A stretch of 59,102 nt of DNA, the filler included, from Sphacelaria rigidula (lineage: Eukaryota), in assembly GCA_964200075.2 (NCBI GenBank). It is 10 parts of 10 records of this genome, joined end to end, with 100 filler letters (N's around TTAATTAATTAA, not from the genome) between each part and the next. Parts side by side here need not be neighbours in the genome. Positions count along the whole stretch, not along the records: positions 35,526 to 41,345 come from CAXNAA020024214.1; positions 41,446 to 47,264 come from CAXNAA020024215.1; positions 47,365 to 53,183 come from CAXNAA020024216.1; 7 more parts are not named here. The stretch is one strand, 5' to 3'. Made by a program: the position numbers and the translations under genes. Position 1 is the first letter of the stretch. The number at the start of each line of letters is the position of its first letter. The notes below the pieces were generated by a model. That model worked only from the letters and a program-made list of their open reading frames with translations, was not told the origin of the DNA and did no database searches. This document shows, piece after piece, positions 38,955 through 50,809 of this stretch.

Positions 38955-39370
38955 GTGCGGCAATGGATGCGGAGCACGGTGTACGGTTGGACGAACCGCG
39001 AGCACAGGTGACAGGTGCTACAAAGCGTGCAACTAGTTTGGGGTATCGAAAAGCACCATGCGCCAACAAGGTTCTGGTGGCTCCTGTTTTGAGGGTAGCG
39101 AGACGCAGTGGTCACTGCTACACGGAGTTTGTTGGCGACGAAGTAAGTCAAGCATTGCTTCATTGCGGCAAAATAGATGCAGACCACGGCGTACGGTCGG
39201 ACGAACCACGGGCACACGTGACGGGCGCTTCATAACGTGCGATCAACTTGCGGGTATCGAAAAGCATCACGCGCCAACAGGGATCTGATGGCTCCTGTTT
39301 TGAGTGTAGCGAGACGCAGTGGACACTGTTAGACGGGGTTTGTTGGCACCGAAGTAACTGAGCGTTGCTG
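38955..39370 (+). repeat. Two tandem copies of a unit of about 210 bp
   Basis: gtacggt(t/c)ggacgaacc...gggtatcgaaaagca...tggctcctgttttgag.gtagcgagacgcagtgg repeated. Confidence 0.85.
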
Positions 39371-39549
39371 TAAGTGAGTTCCTCCCAATTTGTGGTGGGG
39401 GTTATCGAATCTTTGGTCCGAGTGATACCTGATGAAACACATCGATCATCGTAGATGCGGGCAATGAAATCAAAGGCTAGTTGGCCAGCGTGCGGTCATC
39501 GTTGGGACGAGAGTTATTGGCTATTTATTGATACCAACGGTGAAACTGT

Positions 39550-40436
39550 ACTGTTGTCAGCGTTTGGCTGAGACGTCTGCGTCCGGTGAGTCAATCTTCC
39601 TGCAGTAGGGACGGGACGGATATCTTTTGCCCTGGCATGGCAATCTTGCGGACGGGCGAGAACATCGACAACTGTGCTCCGCGGACGAAACTGGCGTGTA
39701 CTACTTATACTAGACGATGGGGACAGAGTGTCCGGTTGACTCACCAAAGGCTGAGAAAATATTCGATTTTCCCGGCATTTCGGCGATCTCGTCAGCTCTA
39801 GAATAGTGACGTTGCACATGCGTTGGATGGACATCACTTGCGCCGTGCCTGTGGAAACAGACGACTCTCTTGTCGTGCCACCCACTGATGCTACAGTTGC
39901 CATGTATGCCCTAGACGATAAGGACGCTGCCGAGGGATTGAGCACACTGCTCCGACGGGGCGCGAAGAATTGGCTCCGTCTGCCCTGAGGACGGAAGGGG
40001 AGGCCGGTAGCATCGGTACCGTCGACTGGGCCACAAGCGAAGGTTTCACCTATCCCTTCGCAGCGTCCTTATCGTCCAGTGCATACATGGCAACTGTAGT
40101 ATGGGTGGCACGACAAGAAAGTCGTCTGTTTCTACAGGCACGTCGCAAGTGATATCCATCCAACACATGTGCGACGTCACTATCCTAGACCTAGCGAGAT
40201 CGCCGAAACGCCGGGAAAATCGAATGTTTTCTCAGCCTTTTGATGAGTCAACTGGACACTCGGTCCCCACCGTCAAGTATGAGAAGTACGCAGAGTATCG
40301 TCCGCGGAGCACAGTTGTCGATGTTCTTGCCCGTCCGCAAGATTTCCATGCCAAAGCAAAAGATATCCGTCCCGTCCCTACTGCAGGAAGATTGACTCAC
40401 CGGACGCAGACGTCTCAGCCGAACGCTGACAATAGT
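39550..40436. mobile_element. Foldback element with inverted arms of about 390 bp and a loop of about 113 bp
   Basis: 39550-39938 is the reverse complement of 40052-40436 at high identity (actgttgtcagcgtttggctgagacgtctgcgtccggtgagtcaatcttcctgcagtagggacgg...). Confidence 0.9.
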
Positions 40437-41508
40437 TATGGGGGTGAATGAAGGCCTTACTGACCAAAACTCCGTTGTCAACAATATATACACATGAACG
40501 CGGAGGGATATTAAAGACGTATTGAAGACGTCAGACTGGTCGGACCTGTGCCGAACCTCTGCCGAACAGAACACACGCTCCACCCGAAGTTACCTACGTT
40601 CAGTACGCGGCAGCTGTAATTTTTCCATCACATAGTTCTCGAGACAGGGAGCAAATCGGCCTGTGGCACCTAACAGCCCCCCGTGCACACACTACATATA
40701 TCCAGCGCCGCGGCGACCCTGCTCAATTCGCCACAGCGGATCCGAAACGCCCCCGAACGTCGAAGAAAACGCGTTTTTAGTACATTTTGGCGGTTCGCAA
40801 AGTCCTGCGGACTCCGCGGCACGCGTTACGGAAAGCCGCCGCGGCACTGAAAATTTCTGGTGTGTGGGAAGCGCATGCATCAAACCGCAGTCCAATCCTC
40901 TGCTTCGTTGCCGAGATATTTGTGTTGAAAAATCGGCACTTGCGGCTTCAGGAACAGCAGGGTTCATCAAGGTGAAAAATGGGGAATTCTCAAAGGCTCG
41001 GTGTTTCGAAACTCAAGAGAAAAGCGACCTCCAGCGCAGCATGGACGACGTACAAGGAAAAAAACGGTCAAGACTCATCCTGTGCCTTGGTATCAGCACG
41101 CAAACAGGTCACCGAAAAGCTTGACGCGTCTGTTTCATGTCAGAGTGTTGGGTCCAGCGCATAAACTGAGCCAGTGCGCCCAATTTTTATTGCGGTCCTT
41201 TGGTCCTTTCACAGTCGGGAGACAGCGATGATGTTTTCCGTGACTGACTGTGAATACTCATAACAATATGTTGGACTGACCGTATCGGAGAATAAGACGG
41301 AGACTCTTGATGCGAGTGCCGAGGCAAGCACCAAAGAAGGGGGAGNNNNNNNNNNNNNNNNNNNNNNNNNNNNNNNNNNNNNNNNNNNNTTAATTAATTA
41401 ANNNNNNNNNNNNNNNNNNNNNNNNNNNNNNNNNNNNNNNNNNNNTGACAAGTCAGCGCTGACTGGTCATTAGTCTAGTTGGTAGTCTCCTAATCCGTCG
41501 CAGGTCTG

Positions 41509-41743
41509 CACTTTTGGGGCCAAAACCGGCCTGATTCAGGGGTTCCTAAAATCAGGAACTACACAAGAATATGGGTCAGGATATCCCCGTTTGCAAATTC
41601 ATTCGGGATATCCCTAGCAAATTGGAAGAAAAACCCTGGCGTACTCTCATCTATTTCGAAAGTCGTGTTTTGGATGAGATAAAGGGTTCCTAACAATTCT
41701 ACTCTCAGGCCGTAAAAGTGCTGACCCTATCGCAGCATCACTC
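41509..41743 (+). mobile_element. Right end of an element related to the MITE at 45219-45476
   Basis: About 235 bp near-identical to 45242-45476 and ending gaccctatcgcagcatcactc; the left side differs. Confidence 0.85.
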
Positions 41744-41984
41744 CAAAATCCGTCGGAATTTTCAAACTGGTAGTGCCTCTCCATAGGGTTGCTTACAGGG
41801 TATCGAGGAAAACGCCACAAAAAATGTTGCGAGAGGTACTAGGCTGTGCAAATGCCGTTCAGGGGTTCTCACAAAAACTGCGAAGAACCCTGTGCAGCAC
41901 GTCCGACAGGGTGCTATCTGTCCACGTGTGCTGCACCCACACCTCCTCCTGCACCACAAAAAAAGTAGGATTGAATATTTATGT

Positions 41985-42275
41985 TCCGGATTTATTGGTT
42001 ATTTTCCAGTCGACTAGACTCCATGTCTCCTACTACTGCTAAGCTTAGTCCGACAGGTCATGCGCCATTTTTGGGTCTGTATGATTTTGGCAAGAGCCGA
42101 CCCCCAGGCTCCCACAGTCCCTTGGGAACTCATCTCAAACCACTTTAGCAGCTACTAGCCTGTACGCCGATAATACAAGAAGCATCTATGCTATCTCCAA
42201 GACTGCGTTATCAGACGTGTCTCAGGTCTTCTTTCAAAGTAAGCCTGACTTCCCTGCAACGGATGTTGTTCTAAT
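41985..42275 (+). repeat. Dispersed repeat shared with 57120-57400
   Basis: gatttattggt.a.tttccagtcgactag ... tagcctgtacgcc.ataatacaag ... gtaagcctgac present in both. Confidence 0.65.
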
Positions 42276-42834
42276 ATGCTTGCTGCTGACCAAGCGCATG
42301 TCGCCCTGACCGTATGAAGATCTCAGTGTTTCGCCGGGGATTCTTTTTTTTATAGCGAAATAGACGCCTCCGCGAGAAACGGTGGATGATGGTAAATATC
42401 TCAATTTTGCCCCGAGCTTCCGCACACCTTGTGCCTGCAGCTGCGGACCTAAAGGCATCGCCCAAGTGGGAGGAGTGGGCTCGAAGACGGTCGAGGTGTG
42501 TTGATATACTGACAAGAAAGTCCTCTCGCAAGTTGCACTGATAATGGTGATGTCTGCTTGGAGCATTATTTGCAGAATCCGTGCAGCCTGAGGTGAACAC
42601 CACCCCCCCCCGTCGAACCTCACCTCCGGTGTCATGGCAGAGCACGGCGCTCGCATGACGCTACCGGTAGAGACTAGGAGGGTGTTTTCACCACGTAGAG
42701 AGGTCAATCTTTCTATCGCAAAAGGTCGCGTTGAAATGCATTGATGCCGCAAATGAAGCGACGTGACTAAAGTTTGAAAAAAAATAAACCTTTTTCTGCA
42801 CCAGTATATGGACCATCTGAACTGCCGTGTACCG

Positions 42835-42990
42835 CACCAACAGCACGTAGCAGCAGGATAGAGCACACCACAGCGCAGCGCAGCACAGTATAGTTCATCA
42901 CAGTACAGTAATGTGCAGCACAGCACAGCACCGCACAGTATAGTGTGGTACAGTACAATACAGTACAGCAAAGTTCAGTGCAGTACACCG
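42835..42990. repeat. (CAGCA/CAGTA)n pentanucleotide microsatellite
   Basis: cagcacagcacagcaccgcacagta...cagtacaatacagtacagc. Confidence 0.85.
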
Positions 42991-44459
42991 CATTATGCTG
43001 CCGGCGAAGTATATATGTAGTAATCGCTTTGACCTGGACGGCGTTCACAGCAAGAAACAGGCAATACTACAAAATGAGGCTGTACGATGGAATGAGGTTC
43101 AAGCCCAAAACAATGTTTTCCCCACACTTCCAGCGATGGTGCCTCGTGACGTGTTTGCCGGCCTAATGCCCACTGATCGCGGTGATACTTCTCCAGCGCA
43201 TTTGACCGACTCTGTGAACTTACGGCGCTGATCGCAACCGTCATTTTCCCTGATTTTGTTCAGGGGGGGTGATATGAGGAGGAATTGACTGTTTTGAAGA
43301 AAACGCCATGTGTAGTACAAGTGTGCATTGTAGCAATGTGATTGAGACGTTTGTACACCACTTCCTGCAAACAGCGGGGTCGTAATAATTCTACGGCTCG
43401 CGTTGTACACAAGCGAATGTACAACTCGCACTTAGTGTCTGTCCCGAGCAGGAGAAGGAGTTCAAGTTAGTGATCTGACACCCGGAATCAAATAAATAAC
43501 GTCTGGCGTGGATCGAGATTTCCGGCGTTCATTCAGACATGGATTTCGACTTCTCAATTTAAATGGTACTTCAGTATATCACGATAGGACGCCGCGACCG
43601 CTACATATGACAGCAAACATGTACCTTCGTCGCCACAGGAGACGAGGACATGAGAACGGCAGGGTAGATGACACGGTCAATCAGACGTGTTGGTGTTCAA
43701 CTCCCCACCCGACCACCCCCCCTGCACATACCCTCGCGGCAGATGTGGAGGATCCCCAGGGCTAACTCATGGGATGCAACATCCGGGCGCCTGCTGAGAC
43801 GCCGCCAGGGGCAGTCCGAGCATCATATACGACACCAGATCCGATCCCGAGGTGAGAGCATCTTCAATTCGCTATTGTGGTAACCCTGCGAGCTATCAGA
43901 GGTGAGGATCGCACGCTCCACACTGCTTTTTTTCAGGTGATGACTGTGGCTTTCGAACCAAACAGAGGGCGTGAGCATGCGTGGGTAATATATATATATA
44001 CACACACTTCATATGTGCACAAGAACCCCCGACTCTGACTCTCAAAACGTTAAATATAGCACAAAGCTAAATTCTTGTACACATACGCCTTGTTGCATGT
44101 CACGCGAGCAGGTGGTGAAACCCTCGCGTATGTCCGGTTGCCGTCCCACCCGGCACATCAGCTGCGGCAAGCGGACGGGGGGAGGGGGGACCGGCGATGC
44201 CGCCGGCGGCAGCAAGTGCGGCACGTGGGCGTTTCGACGACAGAGGCATGGCAGAAGCGGCCCCACGGACATACCTTGCGGCGGTGAGACGGTCCAGCGA
44301 TCAGGCAGGGCGGCGTCGGCGCCGACGACGGCGCCGAGCACTAGTCTACGCGCCCGCGCAGGGGTTTCAGAGATTCCGCGGTCGTATCTTGCCGCGTTGA
44401 CAGGCCGCGAGAGGGTGGAGGAAGCGGAGGCAGGAGAATCGCGCGCGCAAAGTGACGCG

Positions 44460-46489
44460 CTTCCCGCCCCTTCTCCTGGTCACCTGTTGTGGTGGTGTGA
44501 TGGCAGTGGGCCTGATAAGAGTATCCATAGCGCACCTGGACCCGGCGTAGGTGAGGGAGAGATGTCCCCACTCCGGAAGGTTGTTCGGGAAATCCCCGAA
44601 GCGATGGCTGGTGACTTCCATTGACACTGATCAGTGGATCATTGCACTTCTGTCGATGGCCTCCGGGTGTATCAAGCCGCATGGCTCAGGAGCCGTGCTA
44701 GTCATTGTCAAACGCATCGTGATTGGTGGCCCTCAGTACATACTGGTGAACCGGGTATACAGCGCGATCGAGAATCTGAGGGACGGGAGCGAGAGTGTTT
44801 GGCCGCTCGACGGCCAGTACGGTTGGCTGACACAATCAATCAAGGTGGCACTGTTCGTTTTGACGTACCTGCTGGCTGGGTGCGAGTTTTTACCACATGT
44901 GTCTGGGATGCCTCCCCTGAAGATGTGGGATTTCGTTCTGAAGGCCATTCGCACGCCGAACCTCTTCACGAAAGTGATACTGGCGGACAAAGATGGGAGG
45001 CTCAGGGTGAAGATGGACCAGGGCGTGAAGCTGCTGGCCACCTTTTTCTTTTTCAGGCATGAAAACGCTTTCTCACAAGTTGCCACGGATCCGGGAATTC
45101 TGTTCATCCCGTGCGGATAGGACTTGGCGTCGTACGTGAACAAGATCCGCTTGTGCATCATCACAGCGCATGGGCACCAGCCTTCCCGCTGCTGCCCAGA
45201 CTTGGACGCCTGTGAGAAGAGTGATGCTGCGAATGGGTCCCCACTTTTGGGGCCAAACCCGGCCTGATTCAGGGGTTCCTAAAATCAGGAACTACACAAG
45301 AATATGGGTCAGGATATCCCCGTTTGCAAAGTGATTCGGAGGATCCCTAGCAAATTGGAAGAAAAACCCTGGCGTACTCTCACCTATTTCGAAAGTCGTG
45401 TTTTGGATGAGATAAAGGGTTCCTAACAATTCTACTATCAGGCCGTACAAGTGCTGACCCTATCGCAGCTTCACTCAGAAGCACGTCAGTAGGTCCGATG
45501 AAGTGTTGGAATACTGGAGGGAAGCTTCCTCCGCAGCATGCCCCCCGTGAACTTCAACGGACGCGGGTGGGGCATAGAGCCCGAGAGGAGGACTCACCAC
45601 AAGGGTGGTGTAAAAGCGTCGTTACCAGCGGGGGTGGAGCTATCACGCGATAACATTGTGACGCATTTGTCGAGTCACACATACGTCGACACTTCCGGAA
45701 ACGTGCAAGTACTCAGATGTGCATGCAACCCGGGAAGGGTGGTGACAAAACACAGATGTCGGAGTTGCAGGTGTTTGGGCAACTGCACTCTGAGCTGCGG
45801 TTGCCAGGGTCGCTGCTTCCTGCCCCGCCCCCTTCGCGAGCGGCCACCGCGATTCCCGCTGAGGAAACCGGCGACGGACACAACGGTGCACGCGGTCGAT
45901 CGCGAGACGGGAGAAGCCGATCAACATCGAAGCATGCAAGGGGCGGGTCGACTACATCACGTGGAATGGGGGCGGCATCTCGAGCAAGCACCGCACCAGG
46001 GACACCTGTTGATAAGACTGATGGTGAGGAGCCTCGCTGTCGCGGCGCCGGGAGGGAGGTGGGGGGGGGGGCGCAGTCGGGACCAGATCCGATCAGTGAA
46101 ATCGACGGCGTAGACGGCCGTGCACGCGGCCGATCTCGCGAGGGGAAAGGCCGGTCAACAGTGAAGCATGCAGCGAGTCGGATGCATCCCGCGGAAGGGG
46201 CGCGGCAAGTGGAGCGAGCAACGCACCAGGGGCACCTGTTGATATGACCGATGGTGAAGGGCGTTACGGGCACGGCGGTGGGAGGCAGGGGGTAGGGGGG
46301 GCGCATCCAGGAGAAGAGCCCACCAGTGCCAACTTTTGCGACGGCGGATCAGATAAACCCGCCGGACACAAGTCGAACTTTGCCGCCAGGATCTGGATCG
46401 GAGATTCGGATTCAGAATACAGCGGGCCCGAGAGAGAGGACTCGGCAACGAAAGCCGGCGATGACAATGAGGAAGATTTTGCGTTCTGA
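44460..46489 (+). pseudogene. Decayed PIN/XPG/Xrn1-like nuclease plus Cys-rich CXC protein, probably the 3' part of an Academ-like DNA transposon gene
   Basis: Motifs in order: GVGEGEMS, VTSIDTDQW, YLLAGCEFLPH, CCPDLDACEKHVSRSDEVLEYW (across the MITE), PPVNFNGRGW, CAC..CRSCRC...CTLSCGCQGRC, then an acidic tail. Interrupted by a stop at 45118-45120, frameshifts and the MITE. Confidence 0.65.
45219..45476. mobile_element. 258-bp MITE with GAG...CTC termini and a 4-bp TSD (AGAA), Sola-like
   Basis: TIRs gagtgatgctgcgaatgggtc / gaccctatcgcagcttcactc, with AGAA at 45215-45218 and 45477-45480. Removing the element and one TSD restores the reading frame. Confidence 0.85.
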
Positions 46490-47973
46490 TTTCAGTCTGT
46501 GGATAATGTTGTGGTTGTTCTGTCTATAGATAGATTGCGCAAACGTTCCTGTACAATTCAAGGTTGTTTTTTTCCAGGCTGCAGTCGTGAGCTGTGTATC
46601 ATGTACATGGCGATGATGGTTTGTGCTTGTGCGGTGCACCGTGGGGTGCAAAAGTGTATGGGGAGTGATCTGGCCACGCCTGTCAGCGAATCGCCTGTAG
46701 AGCATCAGGCTACATAGTAATGTGAGTCAAGTGCATGTTTCAACACAACACGACTAATCGGCGACGACACTATGGTATGCCAGTGAACATTTCGACTTGC
46801 CGTGCAGCACTACCAACGCTCGCGCCTCAACGCTATGGTGTTCGTGCAAGGAGAGAACCGCCGGGGATCATCCATATCACTACTGTGTTGAACAGTTGGA
46901 CGAAAAATATATGGTGGTGTTCTTCGTCACACTCTCGGCGATATCCCTGATCCTGCACCATCTGCACCGAACCGGAGAGTCGTGTCACCACTGGTCTTGC
47001 GCATCATAGATCGGGTCGGTTTTCGGAACGTTTGATTTAAACCGCTTCTTATGGCAAACACAACTTGTTGAGTGACTGTTTTTTCCATTTACTTCTTCAT
47101 TTAGGGCGTAGGTGATGGCTGGGCGAATGTTGCCTCCTCGGTATGCCTTACGCTCATCCTCAGAAAATCTGTCGCGTCACAAAAACGTTTTCAGGCGCTT
47201 GTGTCTTGTTTCTTTTGCTGAAAACAGCCGATCATCTATGTTGAGGATGGTGCTTTTCATTGAGNNNNNNNNNNNNNNNNNNNNNNNNNNNNNNNNNNNN
47301 NNNNNNNNTTAATTAATTAANNNNNNNNNNNNNNNNNNNNNNNNNNNNNNNNNNNNNNNNNNNNCCCCCACTATCGTAGGATGACTCGTTGAAGAGAAAT
47401 CGGGTGAGGGGTGGGGTTGGGTTGTGATATGGTAGTTGGACTGGGCGATAGCTTCGAAGAGGAGACGCATCCGTCCTGGCGTTCGTACACACAGCTTACG
47501 AGAATGGGGTCTGGGGGAGCGGACTGCGGTGTGTTGTATAAGGAACAAACAAGCTTGGGAATTGCTGGTGGGATGTCTCTGGGGTTGGCGGAGCTCTGAA
47601 GCCGCCCAAATGCTGGCTGTCTCGTGTGCCGGCGCTGGAGCCACACCTTGCCCACATTTTGCGTGGTGTGGAAGTATGGTACAACTGACGAATTCAGACG
47701 GTGGTCCCACGTGCGATATGTGCGTTCTAGCGCATTCCGCCTCTCTGAATCCTGAACTCGTTCACACTGCCTCCCCCTTCACATCCAAGCCTTTGGGGCT
47801 GCCAGCGCTGGTCACCGACAATTATTGACCTCGGTATCGATGAAACGCGACGAACGTCGTGTATCACGCACTTGCATCTCATCATTATTTTACGGGTCCA
47901 TATTTCTCTGTACACGTCCAACTTGTTTGCACAGTTCCCTGTGCTCTGACGATTCTCAATTTGAAAGTCTTAC

Positions 47974-48708
47974 TTGTCTTCCCTCCCGCCCTCCCTCCTG
48001 TCGTTGAACCTCCCCGCACGACCTCGCTTGCCCTCGTTCCGAAATACCACCGACATCGACAGCTACGTAAAACTCAGCAAGTGGTTGCGAGCCCACCACA
48101 TGCCGCCGCCGATCCTTCCTGAGGTGTGCGGTTACGCACCATTGATAGAGACAATCGACTACAAGCTGATGTCACAGTGGGAGGCCGGCGTACCCATCCC
48201 CCCCCCGTCTCCGCAGCACGAAGGGGAAAACCGACAGCGTTCGGCCGAAGGCGCGGGCGGACTCGTCTCGGGGGAAGTCAAGCCACGCAAGCGCACAGCT
48301 GTTGTGACTAGGGGAGACGAAGAGTCGGCCGCCGCGGAGAAGAGGAAAACAACGCCGCTGCGCCCACAACGGGGTGTGGAGGGCGGGGGAGACAACGGCG
48401 CAGGGCCCAAGTCAACATTGAAGCAGAAGGGGGCGAACCCTAAGGAGGGCGCGGGAGAGTTTAATGTAGACGATTTCATCCAGGAAGCCTTCAAAGAACC
48501 TGCACCTATCGCAACAACCCCGAAAAAAAGTTACATCAGGCCGAAAGGAAGAGGAAGGAGGGGGGTGAAAATTCCTCCATCAAACAAGAGAAAACATGGC
48601 GCTGACGAAGGAAAGGTGGAGGGCGTACTCGAAGGGAAGGTGGAGGGGAGCGGGGGCAAAACATTAGACGGCGGCCAGCATGGAGGAGATGGGCCCTCCG
48701 CGATGTAA
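47974..48708 (+). CDS. Unidentified ORF or exon with a K/G/E-rich tail, within a degenerate coding-like region
   Basis: 244 open codons (DIDSYVKLSKWLRAHHMPPPILPEVCGY...), GC-rich, with a pyrimidine-rich 5' part that may be intronic. Confidence 0.35.
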   Translation: MSSLPPSLLSLNLPARPRLPSFRNTTDIDSYVKLSKWLRAHHMPPPILPEVCGYAPLIETIDYKLMSQWEAGVPIPPPSPQHEGENRQRSAEGAGGLVSGEVKPRKRTAVVTRGDEESAAAEKRKTTPLRPQRGVEGGGDNGAGPKSTLKQKGANPKEGAGEFNVDDFIQEAFKEPAPIATTPKKSYIRPKGRGRRGVKIPPSNKRKHGADEGKVEGVLEGKVEGSGGKTLDGGQHGGDGPSAM

Positions 48709-50809
48709 CCTGTAGAAATGCAAAAGACGTCTCATGAGAAGCCGAAACGGGATAGAGATTCGTGGTGGACACGAGAGAACGCGCGGAGAGAAAGCTGGAC
48801 CGCGACAGGCGTGATACTACTTCTGTAGAACACGAAGCGTTTTTCCGGCGAGATGGAAGTCGCGGTAATTGAGTGATTTGAAGGTTGCCTGCTCCGCTCT
48901 GAATGGACGGGCGTGCTCGAACAATATCTGGCTGTGATGGGACGATGCACACGACGGCGCTGTAGGCGACCGTTGACACCACGCGCCGTTCGGCTTCACC
49001 TGATATATATATGGCCCCAGAGAAATTATTAGCAGGAGGAGACAACTGGAGCGCAGCAGGATGGTATGATCATGACGAGCTGTCAAACGGTTGAAGACGG
49101 CGATAAAGGGAGCGGACCGGTGTTTTTTCTTTGCGCTAGTGAGTGAAGATAATAAAAGCGTTTTTTCCCCTGGTTGGCGAAAGCCGCGCCATCGTCGCTG
49201 CAGAGGAGGCTGTTCCAAGGCGAAGAACGGCACATGAAAGGTCTGTAGAACCTGAGGTTGAGAGTAAGCTTGATGGATCAAGATGCCGGCATCGACATTT
49301 TTGGGAATGTATAGTAGTGACTGCTGTTGGAATTCCGGGCATTTGCAAACAATGCGAGTCCTGGTTCATCTTACTTGCTGGTCTTTTTGTATGCTCGCGT
49401 GAAGTCAGGCGTATTTATCCCGACACGTACGATGGCATCATGGAAAACAAATATTACGAACGTTATGTTTTTGTCGTGAACGATTTTATAACTTGGTGTA
49501 TCCGTACATGGAATTGAATTTTTTTCAAGAGGAACGTGCGTAGTTTTTCATGGGGTCGAATCGCGCTACGTTGCAAGCTACCGTTAAAGTGTTGTGATTG
49601 CGAGCGATTCGCAGGGATGTCTTTTCCCGCGATGCCTAGTGCCTTGTGTCGTTCGTCAGTGTGAGGGAAATCTATTGAATCGCGATTTGCGTATTGTTAT
49701 TGCGAGGACTACGTGGCCGTCAGGAGTTGCGAGATTATGGGGAGAGGGGTACTACGTTACATTCGTGTTTTGTCGGCAGCTACCGTGGCGTGACTCTATT
49801 CGGAGGAGCGAGAGGTACCACCACGTTACGGCTGTATCTCGTGAATTTTGTCATCTTGCTGGCTGTAGCACACGCGAGATCATGTTGTGCGTACTGAAGA
49901 TGCATAACATGCTGCGTACGTATGTACTCAGTCATGTACCACGTCCGCGTGCGTGCGCAATACGAAGGACAAGAAAAATAATTCAATCGTTCGTGTGAAT
50001 GAGAGTACTCTATTTCACTACGAGACACTTAGTTTGAGGCGAATTTTATACCCGATGGTCGTTGATTTTTACAATGTCATGCTGTTACCGGGGAGAGATG
50101 GGGTTGATGCCTCGAGAGCGCGGAGTCGTCCCGAGGAAGGGAAGGGATTCAAAGTGCGACAAATGAAAAATGAATAAAATATATAATGATAATAAAAATA
50201 TGCTGTGCAATGGGAAGTTCCTGTCTACACCAGGATATCAATATAGGGTAGTGGAGTGTAGCGAAAGGTTTGGTTCAAGCCGACGGGGCGTGTTCCTCCT
50301 GTGTTTTTTTGCCAAGGCTGAATGACCGCCATTTGAACCACTTATAAAAACTACCGAATGAGAAGGGGGGTGGGTGGGGTTCTGCGGGAAGTACCGTGTA
50401 ACAGGTTAACATGATAGCTGAACACGGGGAGGTTCCAGCTCTATTTTGTTTTTTAGAACATGGGGTCCTCGCTCGAATAACTTCCTCATCAGACTGTGGC
50501 GCAAATTCCTTGACGGGATGATGCCTGCATGACAACCCCTTCTCATGCTCAATGAAGACCAAATATCGAGATGGATGGGATGTATATTTGACGGACAAGG
50601 GAGTGCGCAACATGCTGTATGTAGTACAGTTTGGCAGCTTTCGACGCTTGAGAATATCGGCCGTAGTGTACCATATAGTAGTATTAATAGTGCCTCCAAC
50701 GTAGCCTCGTTATTTGGTGTACTGCCGAAAAGCCAGCAATGCCTGTGCGACTGGTAGTGGTGCTGTGTTAAGGGTGCTCGTGCTGGTGCGCTCAATGTCC
50801 TTTCCCAGA

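Noticed and set aside
40660..41170. Possible BED finger or hAT fragment (KRKATSSAAW)
   Set aside because: The required Cys/His spacing is not present; too weak to call
42234..42971. 245-aa minus-strand ORF
   Set aside because: The N-terminus is a translated pentanucleotide microsatellite and the rest has no recognisable motif
41509..45476. Direct repeats of about 235 bp read as LTRs of a 4-kb retroelement
   Set aside because: The second copy has its own TIRs and TSD and interrupts an ORF; there are no TG...CA ends and no gag/pol between the copies
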